From contig MU054212.1 in the NCBI GenBank assembly GCA_013239625.1, positions 3,543,041 through 3,607,040 on the forward strand: a DNA stretch of 64,000 nucleotides, read 5' to 3'. Positions 36,655-49,352 of the stretch are shown here, piece by piece. The notes beneath the pieces are model-generated. The model saw nothing but the letters and a program-made list of their open reading frames with translations. It ran no database searches and had not been told where the DNA came from. The stretch's first letter is position 1, and each line of letters begins with the position of its first letter. Position numbers and translations under genes: made by a program. Source of the DNA: Lama guanicoe (Eukaryota).

Positions 36655-38639
36655 TCTAGAGCTCTCTCAGTCACTGAGACTGACAGTGTTTGGAGGAAGT
36701 ATAGCACAAAGTTGAAACTCTTCAGACAGACAGGTGAAAAAGATCACTGCAGGAAGGGGGAATGTCGAGTTTCTGCAAACAGCATTAAAAGTCCACATCT
36801 AAGCAAGAGGACATTTTAACAGAGACTGGAGTGGGAGGTAGGCAGGAAGGGTGTAGTAACAGCTTAATGAAAACAGAGCACCTGAACAGAAATGGGATGG
36901 AGATACAGGCCTTCAGAACATCTGACTATGGGTTTCAGGTTGGTCATCAGGTCTTTTGTGATGAGTAACTGGGATCTAACTTGACTGGTACAGGTACACT
37001 ACCTGAGTGATTTGTGCTCGTCAATAAGGTAATGCAATAAACCCACTGTGTGAGCTCATTCTTTTTCAGCTAATTCTGTCTCTATTTTGAAGTCTTGACT
37101 CTCTAAGGTTCTTCAAAATATAATGCAGATTCTATCTGAGCTGGGAGGTCCCTGTTTGACTATTGTTGGCCTGATTCTGGAACCCAGAAAAAGCAAACCA
37201 GGTTAATTACATAGCTCACAAAGTACTGCACTAAAAAGCTTTGTTCTTGCATAGGTTTAACATTTGATGTACTAAGTAGGTACTGACAGTAGATGAAAAA
37301 GAAGACCAGGAAGTTATATCAACATAGTACTTAACCAGCAGTTTCTCTGCCTCCTGAACAAAAACAATTAGATGGTGCTTGTCTGGCAGAACTAAGGGAA
37401 TATTAGGTACTGATGCCCTACATAAAATGCTTTCCATTCAGAAAGAGTTTCATTATTAAAATTTTCACAAATGCAGAATTAGGACTCTTCTTTTGAGGCA
37501 TTATATTCTGGGGGCGGGGTGGGGGGATGTTGACCAGCAAGAAATTAAGAAGGATGCAATTCAAATATTGCCCTATATTTTTTTAAAGCATTTTTTTTCT
37601 TCTCAGGTAATGAAACCATAATAACAACAAGAACCAGAGAACTCTTGACACAAAGGGACCAACTCAGAGTTTCTCAATAATTCAGATGTATGTGCTTGTT
37701 ACAGTTCTTAGTGATGTTCTTCTTTCCTGTCGCCATGGAAATTGACATCAAATTATTTTCAATATAGTTTTGAAAGGAGAATGGGCGCTTCTGGTACATA
37801 ATAGAGGTATTCATACCGCATAATGATCCTGACCACTGTGCTAATGGAAATCTACTTGATGATGAATGGTATTTTTTTTAAATCTCTCTTTATGTCCTAA
37901 AAGCAATACACTTCGCCTTGCTTTGTGAGAAAACCTACTCAACAACTCCACGAGAAGCTACGAGTGGCAGAAAAGCTAGCTCAAGTGTAGCTCTCACATT
38001 TGAGGGAAAGGAAGTGAGATGAAAGATCTCTTTTCAATTTTAGCTTCTTTTCATTTAAAAGCAAAGGGGGAAAAGGCTATACTGGCTTCAAATGTATCTG
38101 AATAGAGTAGATGAATTAATAAATGTTGTACACACTTGTAGTCAAAACGGAGCTTGTGAAAAGGAAAGGCGATATCCTACTGGTTGATGAGAGCCTGAGA
38201 CATTTAGAATAAAGAAAACATTAACATTCAGATGCTGTCCTAACTGAATGGACACATCATTGGGAGAATTAGCTGTGCTTCTCTGGAAGGGCCATGGGGG
38301 AGCGGAAGAGGGGACTTCCAACTGACTCTCTTACTTTGTCCCCTTCTTCCAATTAAAGTATATGTGTCCTGAAATTGGATGTTTCTTTCAACTTTATATT
38401 TATTCCATCATTTCCTAAAAACTGATGAAGAAAGACTTTCTCAGTGGTCCTTTATCCCATGTAATAGGTCCCAGATTAATATCCCCAAGAAACCATTCTA
38501 TCTTTTGTTTCTATGTCTACCTCAATATCCCCAGAATATTTTATTTCCCTGGGTTGTGGCCTTGGCCAGGCCTGCTCCCCTAAAACTTCAAATAGGGTTG
38601 ATGACCAAAAACTAATATTCATTGCAGAAGTTTACAGCT

Positions 38640-39030
38640 ATGATAAGGCAGAAGAAGATGAAGCCAGGACATAGGTATTAGGTCCAGGTGAGGTGAGGAG
38701 ATGTAGGTCCACTGGACCACCTCCTTCTTCGCCTCAACATTCTCTTAAAAGGCTCTGAACCCTTTGATCAGGTGGACTCTTCATTCCACGTAAGCTCCTG
38801 AGACCTCAGTGGTCTCAGCATTCTTCCCTGAGAGGCAAGGGAGGCCCCAAGGAGATCCATCGGGATAGAACCAGAGGAAAAGAAGGCTGGGGTAAAACCT
38901 TGATGAGGTCCAAGTAAAACACAATGAGCCAGTAAAGTTTACTGAGAATAAGCACACAAGGAAGGTGTGGTGTCACAGAAGCCAAAGGGAGACAGTGTTC
39001 TAGGAGAGGTCAGCGAGGAGGAGTGCTTTC
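38640..39030 (-). mobile_element. L2 fragments
   Basis: ggcagaagaagatgaagccag; gtgtggtgtcacagaagccaaagggagacagtgtt. Confidence 0.4.
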
Positions 39031-40473
39031 CTAGTTAATTCCATTACCCAAACTTCATTATCTTTCTTTCATCCTATTGTTAAGAACATTTCTAATTTAA
39101 TTCACCTCAGAAGATAGGATTTGCTTTTACTTTATTTTGACCTGAATTCTATATGTAGACCCTTCTTACGGCAGACACATTTCAAAGTCAAATTTATCTG
39201 AATCAGATATATAAATCAAATAATATGTCACAGGTGCAGCAGTTGAAAGCCCCTAATTTTCTTTTTCAAAGGGTAGTAATAATCCATTATTACAAAGGAT
39301 CAAAGATTATTTTGCATGATATGACACTTGACACTTGCATTTGCATTTGAGTACAATTAATTCTCTGAGACTCTACATGAAAAATAAAAGAGTGAAGACA
39401 AATCAATATTCTGACTAAAAATTAACCAAGGAATTTTATGGAGTTCTTACCCTGTATTCCTCTATCTTTGCTCATCACATTGTCACCCATGTTGGGTATG
39501 ATACCTAAAGAGAGTCTGGTCTGAGCAAAGGCAATCTTTCCAGACAAAACTGCTAAAACGACACTACTTTCCTCAAGAGAATGGAGAGCAGACTGTTACA
39601 ACTCTGTGGGAAGTGTTTCATTGGCATTTAAAGGCTCCTATTAGTTTAAAACTATGCAAGCGAAAACAAAGAGACAGTGATGACATCAATAAAAGATTTG
39701 AAGTCAACACATTTCCTAGTAAATGTCTCTATCCCAAAGTTAAGCATTTACATTTCTCTTCATGAAATGGAAAAGGAAGTCCCCAAATCAGTTATGACAT
39801 AGCAGTCACAAACTTTGCACTCTAACACAGTTTCTAAAATATGTTTTGGTGCTGCCTACTCTTTTATTTGATAGTAAAACTTTCATGTAAGTTTCTATAA
39901 GAAAACTCTAACGTATCCTACCTTGTCTGCCTTTAGTTTCCAGAAAGAGTTCAAGATGGAATAAGAGGCATATTACAGCGTCTAAAATTTTTAAGATAAG
40001 GCTTTATCTCTCACTACAATTCTATATGGTATTTTCTTTATTAATAACATACCTGTTTAGATGCCCTTCTAAATTAATTTATATTTTATTTTAGTAAGAG
40101 AACCCATCCCGTTCCTCACAAATAAGAGGTAGTTGCTTTGAGGCAACAAGAGGGAGCTGAGAAAAGGCCACTGAAAGACTTTCCAGTGACGGCATCATCT
40201 TTTGGCAATCAGTCATGTCGACTAAATCCATACCCCGCACACCGGTAGGGTACAGATGGGAACCGGACCCCGGATGCTCAGCTTGCCCTCCTCAGCACTG
40301 GCTCAGGAGCTCTGCACATATACAGCAGACAGCAGTCATTGCCAGCCACGGATCAGGAGTAGGAAGTGAGGGTGGTGGGAGATGAAGACAACAGACAGCA
40401 ATAGTAGGGAAGCAGGGAGAGATGGGTGCTTACAGCACAGTAAGGGCAGTGAGAGGTACACAGAATAATTGTA

Positions 40474-40785
40474 CAGTTGGCCCGCTAGTATCTGCAGACT
40501 CTGCATCCAGGGATTGAATCAACCTTGGATGGAAAAGATTTGAAAAAAAATTCCACAAAGTTCCAAACAGTAAAACTTGAATTTGCCATGCCTGGTAAGT
40601 ATTTATACAGCATTTCCATTGTACTAGGTGTTGTAAGTAATCTAGAGATGATTTAAAGTGTAGGAGGATGTGCAGAGGTTATATGCAAATACGACACCCT
40701 TTTATATTAGGGACTTAAGCATCTTCAGATTTTGAGATCCACAGGGGTCCTGGAACAAGTCACTTCCAGTACCAAGGGATGGCTG
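40474..40785. mobile_element. MER2/MER2B TcMar-Tigger MITE with TA target duplication
   Basis: TA|cagttggcccgctagtatc ... gtaccaagggatggctg|TA; internal gtaatctagagatgatttaaagt and ttatatgcaaatac; aaaattccacaaagttcc...aaacttgaatttgcc segment. Confidence 0.85.
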
Positions 40786-42619
40786 TATACAAATTTTAAA
40801 GTGGGAGCCCTTTACATATTAATAAATTCCAAGGTGATTAAAAGGAGAGGTAGCTACCAATGTGGGTGATAAAAGAGAAAAATAAAAGCAAAGGCTTTGG
40901 TAAAAAAAAAAAAAAGCTTAATGAAAAGTTTTTGAGAGTATTATTTCCCAGTTAAGCTGACTTGTGCTATTTCCTTTTAGCCACTAATTATTTTTTCTTT
41001 CTCTCTTTGTAAAAATAATATGGCATTTTAATTGCCATTCATTCTTGTGTATGTCGCACCCAAGGCTGGAAAACTTGAATTTTCCCGTCTCCCTCAGTGG
41101 CAGGGCAGACACTTCTGTGCTAGCGAAAGGTGCCGGCTGTGCAGTTTTCTCCCCTCACCATGCATCTGTGCAATTACTCAGTTCTTACAGGAAGGCAAGA
41201 AAGCAGATAAACAAGTAGCTATGGAAGTCTCAAAGGGAAGAAAGAGATCAGGATCGTCTTAATGTTCCCAAGTACGACAGAAAAAAGAGTTTTCAGACTC
41301 CCAGACCATTTCATCCACTTTATAAAGGCAATAAGGTAGACAAAGATACGCTCGTTTCTATTTCAATAATAGTACGTGTCAGGATCGTTTTGCATGAAGG
41401 TTAGCAGAACCATCCATCATTTCGGCTGAACTGCATATTTTCTTGTTCAGCATTGACAGATTTTTATTTTAACCTCAGAAGTTCCTCTCAAGGGACTCTA
41501 TCAGGGACACTGTCATTTTTTATTCTGCTCTGTTACTTCTCCTTTTGTAAACTTTGATGTATGCAGACAACATATTCTGGCTAGGGAAATTTAATTAGGT
41601 AAGTCTACAAATTAATTGTTGCAATTAGACGGCTTCTAACTGCCTGGTGATATGAATTTATTTATGCAGTAATTATTATCAGATGTCTGGGATAAAAGTC
41701 TGCAGAGCTAAAGGTGCTACCTTTCAGATGTATACACAGCACTCCACGTTAATTAGCTGCAAAAAAAAAAAAGCAGGTATTTTAAAAAATGAAGAAAAAA
41801 GAAAAAAACTTGTCTCCGTGGCCATATGCACATACAGATTTTGACAAGCAACTTGTTAACAAAACCTAAAGAGGATGGTTTTCTTTGTATTTTGCAAAAT
41901 TCAGAATGTTAGAGATTACATAAATCACCATAAAACAACTTGCTAGTATATAAACTAGATGTAAATACAGACTTCAAGTCCATCCTATGAAAGGCATATA
42001 GGTATTTTGTTCATAGGCATGATTGCAAGGGCACATTTGAAGTCACTGATGATTTTTCAGTAAATTTTGTGCTTAGTCTTTAAGACCATTCACTACAACA
42101 CTTTTTATGGAGCATATCTTTATAAACGCCTTTTAAGTTTTAGGAAATAAACAATGGTGTTTTAAGTTGCTTTCTCAAATTTTTTCTTCTGTAACACGGG
42201 GCATTGTGGCTTTTAGTAGAGAAAGACAGGCCTAATAACATCCGTTGAAAGAAAAAAGTACAGAGAGACCAATCCTGGCAGAGACAGAAGTCTATGAACA
42301 GAAGTTTGAAAGTCAAGCAGTAAAGTGAGAATGAATCATTGGTAGATAAGTAAATCGGTGTGATCTTCATGAAGAGCAAATTTTAACTGGATTTTTCATC
42401 ACTTTAGAATACTGAGTATCTACAATCCAGTAATTTTTTAAATGGAATTAAACCTTAAATAAATAATACCAAACTTAAAAACAACAGGTTCTCATCTCAG
42501 TGTCAATACGAATAACCTCAAAACTGTAGCAGGTCACACTGTCACCATGATTATCAGCACGTAGTCAAAACCTGGGATAAGCAGCCTTTCAATTCATTTC
42601 TTACCACATTCACATAATA

Positions 42620-44150
42620 GATGTTCATTAATCACTTGCTGTATGCATTTCTGCATGCACTGGGGACACAAACAAAAATTCCTACTCTCAGGGGGCTTCT
42701 ACTCCTTTGAGGGATGATGTATAATAAATAGATTAAAATATAAATAATATTATTTCAGAACAATAACTAAATGGCAGGAAAGTTAAGCTATGTGAGGTAC
42801 TGGTTGGCCTGGTGTGGGAGTCTGGAATGTTCTGTTGGGTAGAGTAGCCAGAAAGGCCTTTCTGAGATGGTGACATTTGATGAGACCTAAATTAGTGATC
42901 AGTGAATGCAATACTGAAAAAAAGGGAAACATCAATATTTTATCATTTATTTTACATAATACTGATCTACTGGTATTTTGCAAAATAGATAACTAAAAAG
43001 TTCAGATTTCATAAAATAAAATAAAAAGTCATGAAACTAAATGTTTAATAAATTCAAAAATAAAAATGCATAACTAACACACTCATAAATTGAGGTCAAA
43101 CAAGCATTATCATTTTAATATGAATTATTAGCTGATAAAATTATTAGGAGGAAATTATTGCCTAAAAACAGACGAAACACTCCACAAAATGAAGGAATTT
43201 TAATTAACCCTGAAAATTTCAAAAGTAGCGCTATGTCATGTATTTACTAAAAAAAAAGCTCATTGATGCTGTCATCATTTTGTACCAAAGGTCACTGTAT
43301 GCAAATTTTTAAACTAAGTTTATTCTGACTATCCACTAAAGAAGACAGTGAGAAGGAATTGTACGCCCACTCCAAATATTTTCTTTTGATTCTTTTAATA
43401 ATCCCATCTCTTATTAGAAATCTTTCAAGAGATTTTTTTAAAAAACCTTTTTATATGTCTATTTTGATATTTTTTAAGGGACTATAGTGTTTTTATTGAT
43501 AGGAAGCTGTAGATTTTGTTTCAAAAAAAGGCTTGTTTATTATTTCTTGAGTTTTATCATCTGTAGATAAAACTGCCTGAATCGATATCAATACTCGCAC
43601 ATTTGTATTCCACTCATCTGAAATATCTTTGAACTGAAGGGTGAGTCATTATTGCAACAGAAGCCCTCCCACACTACAATCCGTTGTCATCTGCTTGTGC
43701 GGACCACTCCAGAGTGTACATGCGGCTTTGTTTCTTTTCCATATGAATTGAAGAACTGAATTTTTGATCTTGATTTCAAAATATCGATGCTTCCAATTTC
43801 AGATTATTTTTATTAGTACAGTGATAGTGTAATACCAACAGAAATCATTTCGCTTCTTAAAAATAGCAGATAAACCGTAATCCTGGGTACAGAAGAATCA
43901 GTATTGCTAACCTGTCCGATCATCCTTAACCTCTATGATCAAAAGGAACAAACTTTGTAAAGATGTAGGAGAAGATTCCAGAAGAACAAAAGCAAGTGAT
44001 GAAGTTCTGAGGTGAAAACTAGCAAGGACATAAGTGTGCCCGAAGAGCCATTAAAAAGAAGGAGGTTAGGGTCTTCCACTTACAAGCAGGAGATGAGACA
44101 AAGGGGGCCTGATGGGTTCAAGTAAATAGTTTGGATCTTATTCTAACTAT
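42620..44150 (-). mobile_element. L2 fragment split by a ~1 kb insertion (pieces ~42620-42899 and ~43935-44150)
   Basis: gcactggggacaca...agaaaggcctttctgagatggtgacatttgatgagacctaa | aaaaggaac...aagattccagaaga...aagttctgaggtg are colinear L2 motifs. Confidence 0.6.
42900..43914. mobile_element. ancient hAT-like DNA transposon, family unassigned
   Basis: AT-rich block interrupting an L2; imperfect TIRs CAGTGAATGCAATACTGA (42900-42917) and TCAGTATTGCTAACCTG (43898-43914; revcomp CAGGTTAGCAATACTGA); scattered aatact/atcgat motifs. Confidence 0.5.
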
Positions 44151-44586
44151 TCTCTTTGCTTATAATCTAACTGATTATGATATGGCATAAAGTTGAAATA
44201 AAGATAAAAATTATTATATACATTAATTACGACTTTTTATAACAGCAGATAGGATTTTTTTAATGGAAGAAATAACCACAATGCAAACAAGTTTTCTCTA
44301 GGCAGGAGATCATGCATGTTCATAACTGTACTTTTCTCCCGTTAAAAGTTTTCTTATCAGTATGTATTGTTTTATAATGGAAAAGCAAATCTTTTTTACA
44401 AATCCATGATACTTTCACTCAAAATTCCAGGGAAAACTTTTAAACAGATTAACTACCCCTGGCAGAATTCTTCCGTTACGAGTCTGCCATGAAAAAGATA
44501 AGTGGGAAATGCAAAACAGACAGAGAGATTGATGAGGCAACAGAAAAAAATCCAAAGACGCTTGGAGCTTGGTCAGGGTCCCATCG

Positions 44587-44883
44587 CAGCAAATTCCCCA
44601 CGTGTGTTCTGAAGAGCTCTTGCTCCAGGAGATGGAAACACACGCTCCATGAACATAGCTCTTAGGGGCAGTTCTCTATGGGAAACTGCATCGTCATCTA
44701 GCCCCCTTTTGGAAACGTCTCAGATACATTCACAGGTACAATCTTTTGAACAACCCAGGAGTAATGAACACTGAGAAAGTTTTTCCTGAACTTTTTTTTT
44801 TTTAAACCATTGATAACGTAGCTGTTTTTCTTTCGTAACACTTTGGTGACTGCTTCCTAGGAACACAAATTTGGGGAACACCG
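44587..44883. mobile_element. Charlie4-like hAT MITE
   Basis: Imperfect inverted ends cagcaaattccccacgtgtgttc / gaacacaaatttggggaacaccg; internal gctccatgaa...tgggaaactgcat. Confidence 0.55.
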
Positions 44884-47084
44884 CCCTGCAGAAAGGTCAC
44901 ACCCTCATGCAACCATCTTATTATGTAGCCTGTGGATGTAACTAAATGGCAGATCAGGAGTCTGACCATAGACACAAGCTTGATCAGTGATGGAGGCAAG
45001 TCTCTACTAAAACTCGATCTTTATTCTTAAGCCCTTAAAAGACTAAGATGTATTTAAATTCAAGTCGATAAAAATATTTGAGTAGGACCCCCCCCCTTCT
45101 CAGTACCAAGAACCCAATATAGTAAGATACAGGGGAGTAGATTCAATCAGGAGAATGGAAATTGTGAATGGAACAGTCACGAGATCAGGGTGGGCTTTAG
45201 TCATCTTACCCAACGGTTCTAGCTTTCTTCTCAATTCTCTGAAGCCGTAAGCCTCCCCTCACCATCCTCCAATTCTGGTTAAGCTTCACAAGCTGCAGTG
45301 ATGTCTACCCTGCCCTCCATAATGTCAGTGAATTACTATCAATCCTTCATTGTCTGCTGGTCTAAAAGAGTTATTAGTTGAAAAGATGAATATTTTGCCA
45401 ATTTGCCATTTTCCCCAGCTTCCCTTTGCCTTTGTTAATGACTTCTTAACACCCAGAAATAGCTGCATGTGTGTGGGTGTGTGCACGTCTGTGAGCTGCA
45501 CACCTGTGTGTGCTTACGGGTACTCACATCTAACGGTCTTCTTCATTACGGTGTCTCCCTTTTTTGTGTGCTTATCATGATCTTCTCAGCCAGAACCATG
45601 TAAGTAAGCCTCCACATTTTCTTTTAGGAAATAGTTTTGCAATTTCATTTTTTAATATTTATATGTCAAATCAGCGTGGAACTTATGTGGATGATGATGT
45701 GAGTCAGGGATGGAACATCACTAATTACTGAATAGTCTTGGCTCTTACTTAATTTGCACATTTTTACTGAAGCCACCCAGAGCACGCACTGTATCATGGT
45801 TTTATTTCTCTTGTGATTTAATGGTGGAACTAAGAGCGCTGAAAGAAGCATAATCAGTCAAGTGGTAGCAGGGAACCTGCCCAGGTGGTTTCCACATGTT
45901 ACTTCAAGCAAATAGGCTTGTACAGTCTGAAGCTACCAATATACAACTCCGAGAAACAGCTGGGTTTTATTTGGGGTTGGTTTGGGGGTTTTTTTTCAGT
46001 CTAAAAGGAATTTATTTTTCAGATGCAGATTGTGACGAGGATTAATAAAAATTGTCATCACTTTCAAATTCAAATAGGGAATAACTAACTGCTAAACCAG
46101 GACAGCCTGTAAGAAGAGACTTGAAGTGCTTTCTAATATGTCACAGTAATACATGAAAACTATCAACTACAAAAGGTGGCGTGCATCTGAGACTGAATTT
46201 TTTTTTAAATATGAGCTTTTAAGTATAATTCGGTACTTTTTTTAACTTATGTAGGATTTCCTTAAACTTTTGGGGGTATTGCCATCAAGAATGAGTAAAT
46301 CAATCCATTCTCATAATTAGAAGCCACTCATTCCTCAGCTGAGTGTTTCAAAACATCAGAGGAATTTGATATCAAAAACCATTTTGAAAACTCATTTGTG
46401 CTTTCATCATTTTATGGGTGGAACAGATGATCAAATATCTGATAGCAGTTCTGCCGTTCTGTGGTTTTACTTCACTTATTTCTCTCATTTGCTCCCCTTT
46501 TCTTGCACAGAGCAGGGAAAACAGAATCATAATCACAGTACGTGCAAACTGACAGCACAGGGCTTTCTTTTTGGAAAACATGCTCTTTAGAGTCTTGGGT
46601 TGGACAATACAATGAAACCAATGTATTCGCCAAGTTGAGATTTTAAAAATTACCATGCCGAATGTTAAGATGGTAAACATGAGGTGACATCCCTGAGAAG
46701 TTGAAAAAGGAGATATGTGTTAACACTAGTGGAACGTTGACCCTAGTGTATTTCTGTCTTCCACTCTGTTTGATTACTTTAGATATAGAAATATACCACT
46801 AGGCAAAGCCAAAAAGGCTCAATTCGAGTTCTGATAAGATCACTGCTTTTCCCATTGATGATAAAGTGTGAGGATGTCTCAAAATTCTAACCGGGAAAAG
46901 AAGGAACATTTAGATATTACGGAGAGACAGCCATAGACCCTAAGGAAATGCAGGTGAGAAATCTATTATCATAGTTTGCTTTCACGGATGAATTTAAATA
47001 CATTTTATTAAGACCACTATAGTTTAGCTATTGATGTATTCTGTTCACAGATTAGGGACTCCAACTACAGAGCAGAAGCCTCTA

Positions 47085-47445
47085 GAAAAGAGCCTCAGAT
47101 GAAAAACCAAATGATTATGGTGGATGAGGTCTTATAGATCATCTGACCCAATCCTCTAATTTTACAGTTGAAGAAAACGGAAGCCAAAAAAAGGTTAAGT
47201 AACTTATTCAAGGTCACACCGCTAATTATTGGCAGAGTTGGAAGCCAACAGGTCTCTATTTTATTCTTCTGATGAGCTCTGTGACATAAACCGAATACTG
47301 AATCTCTTAGTATTTTATCTGCCTCCATTATAAAATGGAGTTAATGCCCCCTGGTTCTTCCACCTTTCATAAGCACATTGCCAGAGTTTGTGTGAGTCAT
47401 GAGTAATGTACTTCAGCTTCTGTGAAAAGCAAATTAGTCATTACT
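47085..47445. mobile_element. two MIR fragments in opposite orientation (- ~47085-47290; + ~47290-47445)
   Basis: cttatagatcatctgacccaatcctctaattttacagttgaagaaaacggaagcc...ttattcaaggtcacaccgcta; then ataaaatggagttaatgcc. Confidence 0.55.
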
Positions 47446-47990
47446 GTTCTCTCAGTTAGGATTCTTCGGTGACAAGCAACAGAAAACACACACAGTTTAC
47501 CTACGCAAACGGGGAGTTGACCAGAACGATGCAAGGGGACTCAGAGACTGAAAAGGGATGTTGATCCCTGGCCTAGCTGAGATGAGGATGAGGGTGCCAG
47601 ACAAAGTGCTGGAAAGGGAAACGGCTCCTCAGTCTCACCTACCGCCAACACTGGGATGAGTCTCCTCCAGTTGTTCCTTCCTACAGGGAATCTCTGCCGG
47701 GGATCCAGAATTGTGGAAGAGAGACTCCACTGGCTCAGATAAGATCACAAACTTACCGCCTTTGCCCCAACAGAGCAGCGAGAGAGATCTATCACAGAGA
47801 GCTTTCCAAGCCCTGTCCGCTTCCTTAGAAAGAGGAAAGGGCACCTCAGCTACTGGCCTGCCAAGACGACACACAAGGAAGGAAATGTATGTCCCCCGCA
47901 AAGGAAACAGAGATGCCCTTAGGAAGAGGAAATCACGTACAGATGAAATAATCAGTGCCTACTATGACCACCCCCTGCATGTTGACTGCT
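47446..47990 (-). mobile_element. old MLT1-type LTR
   Basis: tctcagttaggattcttcggtgacaagcaacagaaaaca is a typical antisense MLT1 end; remainder highly diverged. Confidence 0.45.
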
Positions 47991-48689
47991 GAACTTTGCA
48001 TTTGATAATACAGCCCTGGAAATAAAAACTACAGACTTAGACCACGTGTCCTTGATGTAAAAGGGCAATGCGGTGTTGTGCTGATGGTCAGCGCAGGACG
48101 CTCAACCAATCAATCAAGTTAGCCACCTAAGAGAGCCAGCGTCATTGAATGAACTTTTTCATGGTCAGTTTGCTGATTATGTAGGCATAACCTGCTTTGG
48201 TGACTCTTTTAGTACAGCTACCAGTGTTAGCTAGGATTTAAGTGATAAAGGAAAATGTTTCCATCTGAATTTAGATCTAGATGGTAAGTCCAGCACCTGT
48301 TCATCAAGAAGCCAGTACACTCTGATCTCTTACCAACCTAACTGGACACACATCTCAAAGTATCTCCTAGACCTGGAAAATGTGAGAGCGAACCATCCTC
48401 ACATTAGGTTCAGAGAGCTCACTTCCCCAGGACAGCAGCAGCCATAACTAAATAGGAAGACTGAGGATCTTAGCCAAACTCTCTCCCGTCCCTGGCTTAA
48501 ATTTTCTTGCCTTCCAGGAAAAAAGCATTTTTTTTTTAGATATGAATGACACTGCGAATGCATTTTTCTTAAAAATATGTATGCACAAATTTGAAAATCT
48601 TAAACTAAGTAATAGTTAAAAGGCAGGGTGGAGGAGGGTCAAAGGTATATTTATCTTTAAATGTTGTGTAAAGTTTCCTCCACCATTTG

Positions 48690-49352
48690 GCTCCAACTCA
48701 TTTCCAAATCCCACTCTACTCAGGGCACCGTCCAGCGTGATCTTGCAAAATAGACAAGATCATGTTACTCCTCCAGATGACACTCTTTACTGGCTCCTCA
48801 TAACCTCCAGGTCAGCGTGCAACTTCCTTCACACCAGGGCCAGCTCTCCGCTGGCCTCCCGGCCTCCCTGCCCCCACTGGCCACCGTGACGTGCTCTGCA
48901 ATCAACCATGCACAACTACTTGACGTCTCCAAAACTTGTCACTGAACTTCTCATTTCCACTTCCTGCTCGATAACTCCTTTCCTCCTCACGTTGTTAATA
49001 CCCCTCCTTCCTGTCCCCACCCCAGTTACCACTCCCGATCCACATCCCTTAGGTTAACTTTGTTTAATGTGGAATTTTCGGCTCAAGGGTCTCCCCTTCC
49101 AGAACTTCTCCTGAACCTTCCAGTTTCAGATAAAAGACCCTCTGTCTGTCCTGGTAACCACGCCCTCTGCAGGGCTGCATCCTCAGCGCTCTCATTATTA
49201 CGCTGTGCTCTCTTACGTATTTATGAATTGAATTCCTTCATTAAACTGTGAGCTCCTGGAACCACAAGGAGTACATCTTATTCCTTTTCATACTTCCAGT
49301 ATCTGACACAGTATCTGACACAAACTATGTGACAAATACATATTTATTAAAG
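48690..49352 (+). mobile_element. L2 3' region
   Basis: ccagcgtgatcttgcaaaatagacaagatcatgttactcctc...actgtgagctcctgg...ttccagtatctgacacagtatctgacaca...aatacatatttattaaa. Confidence 0.7.
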
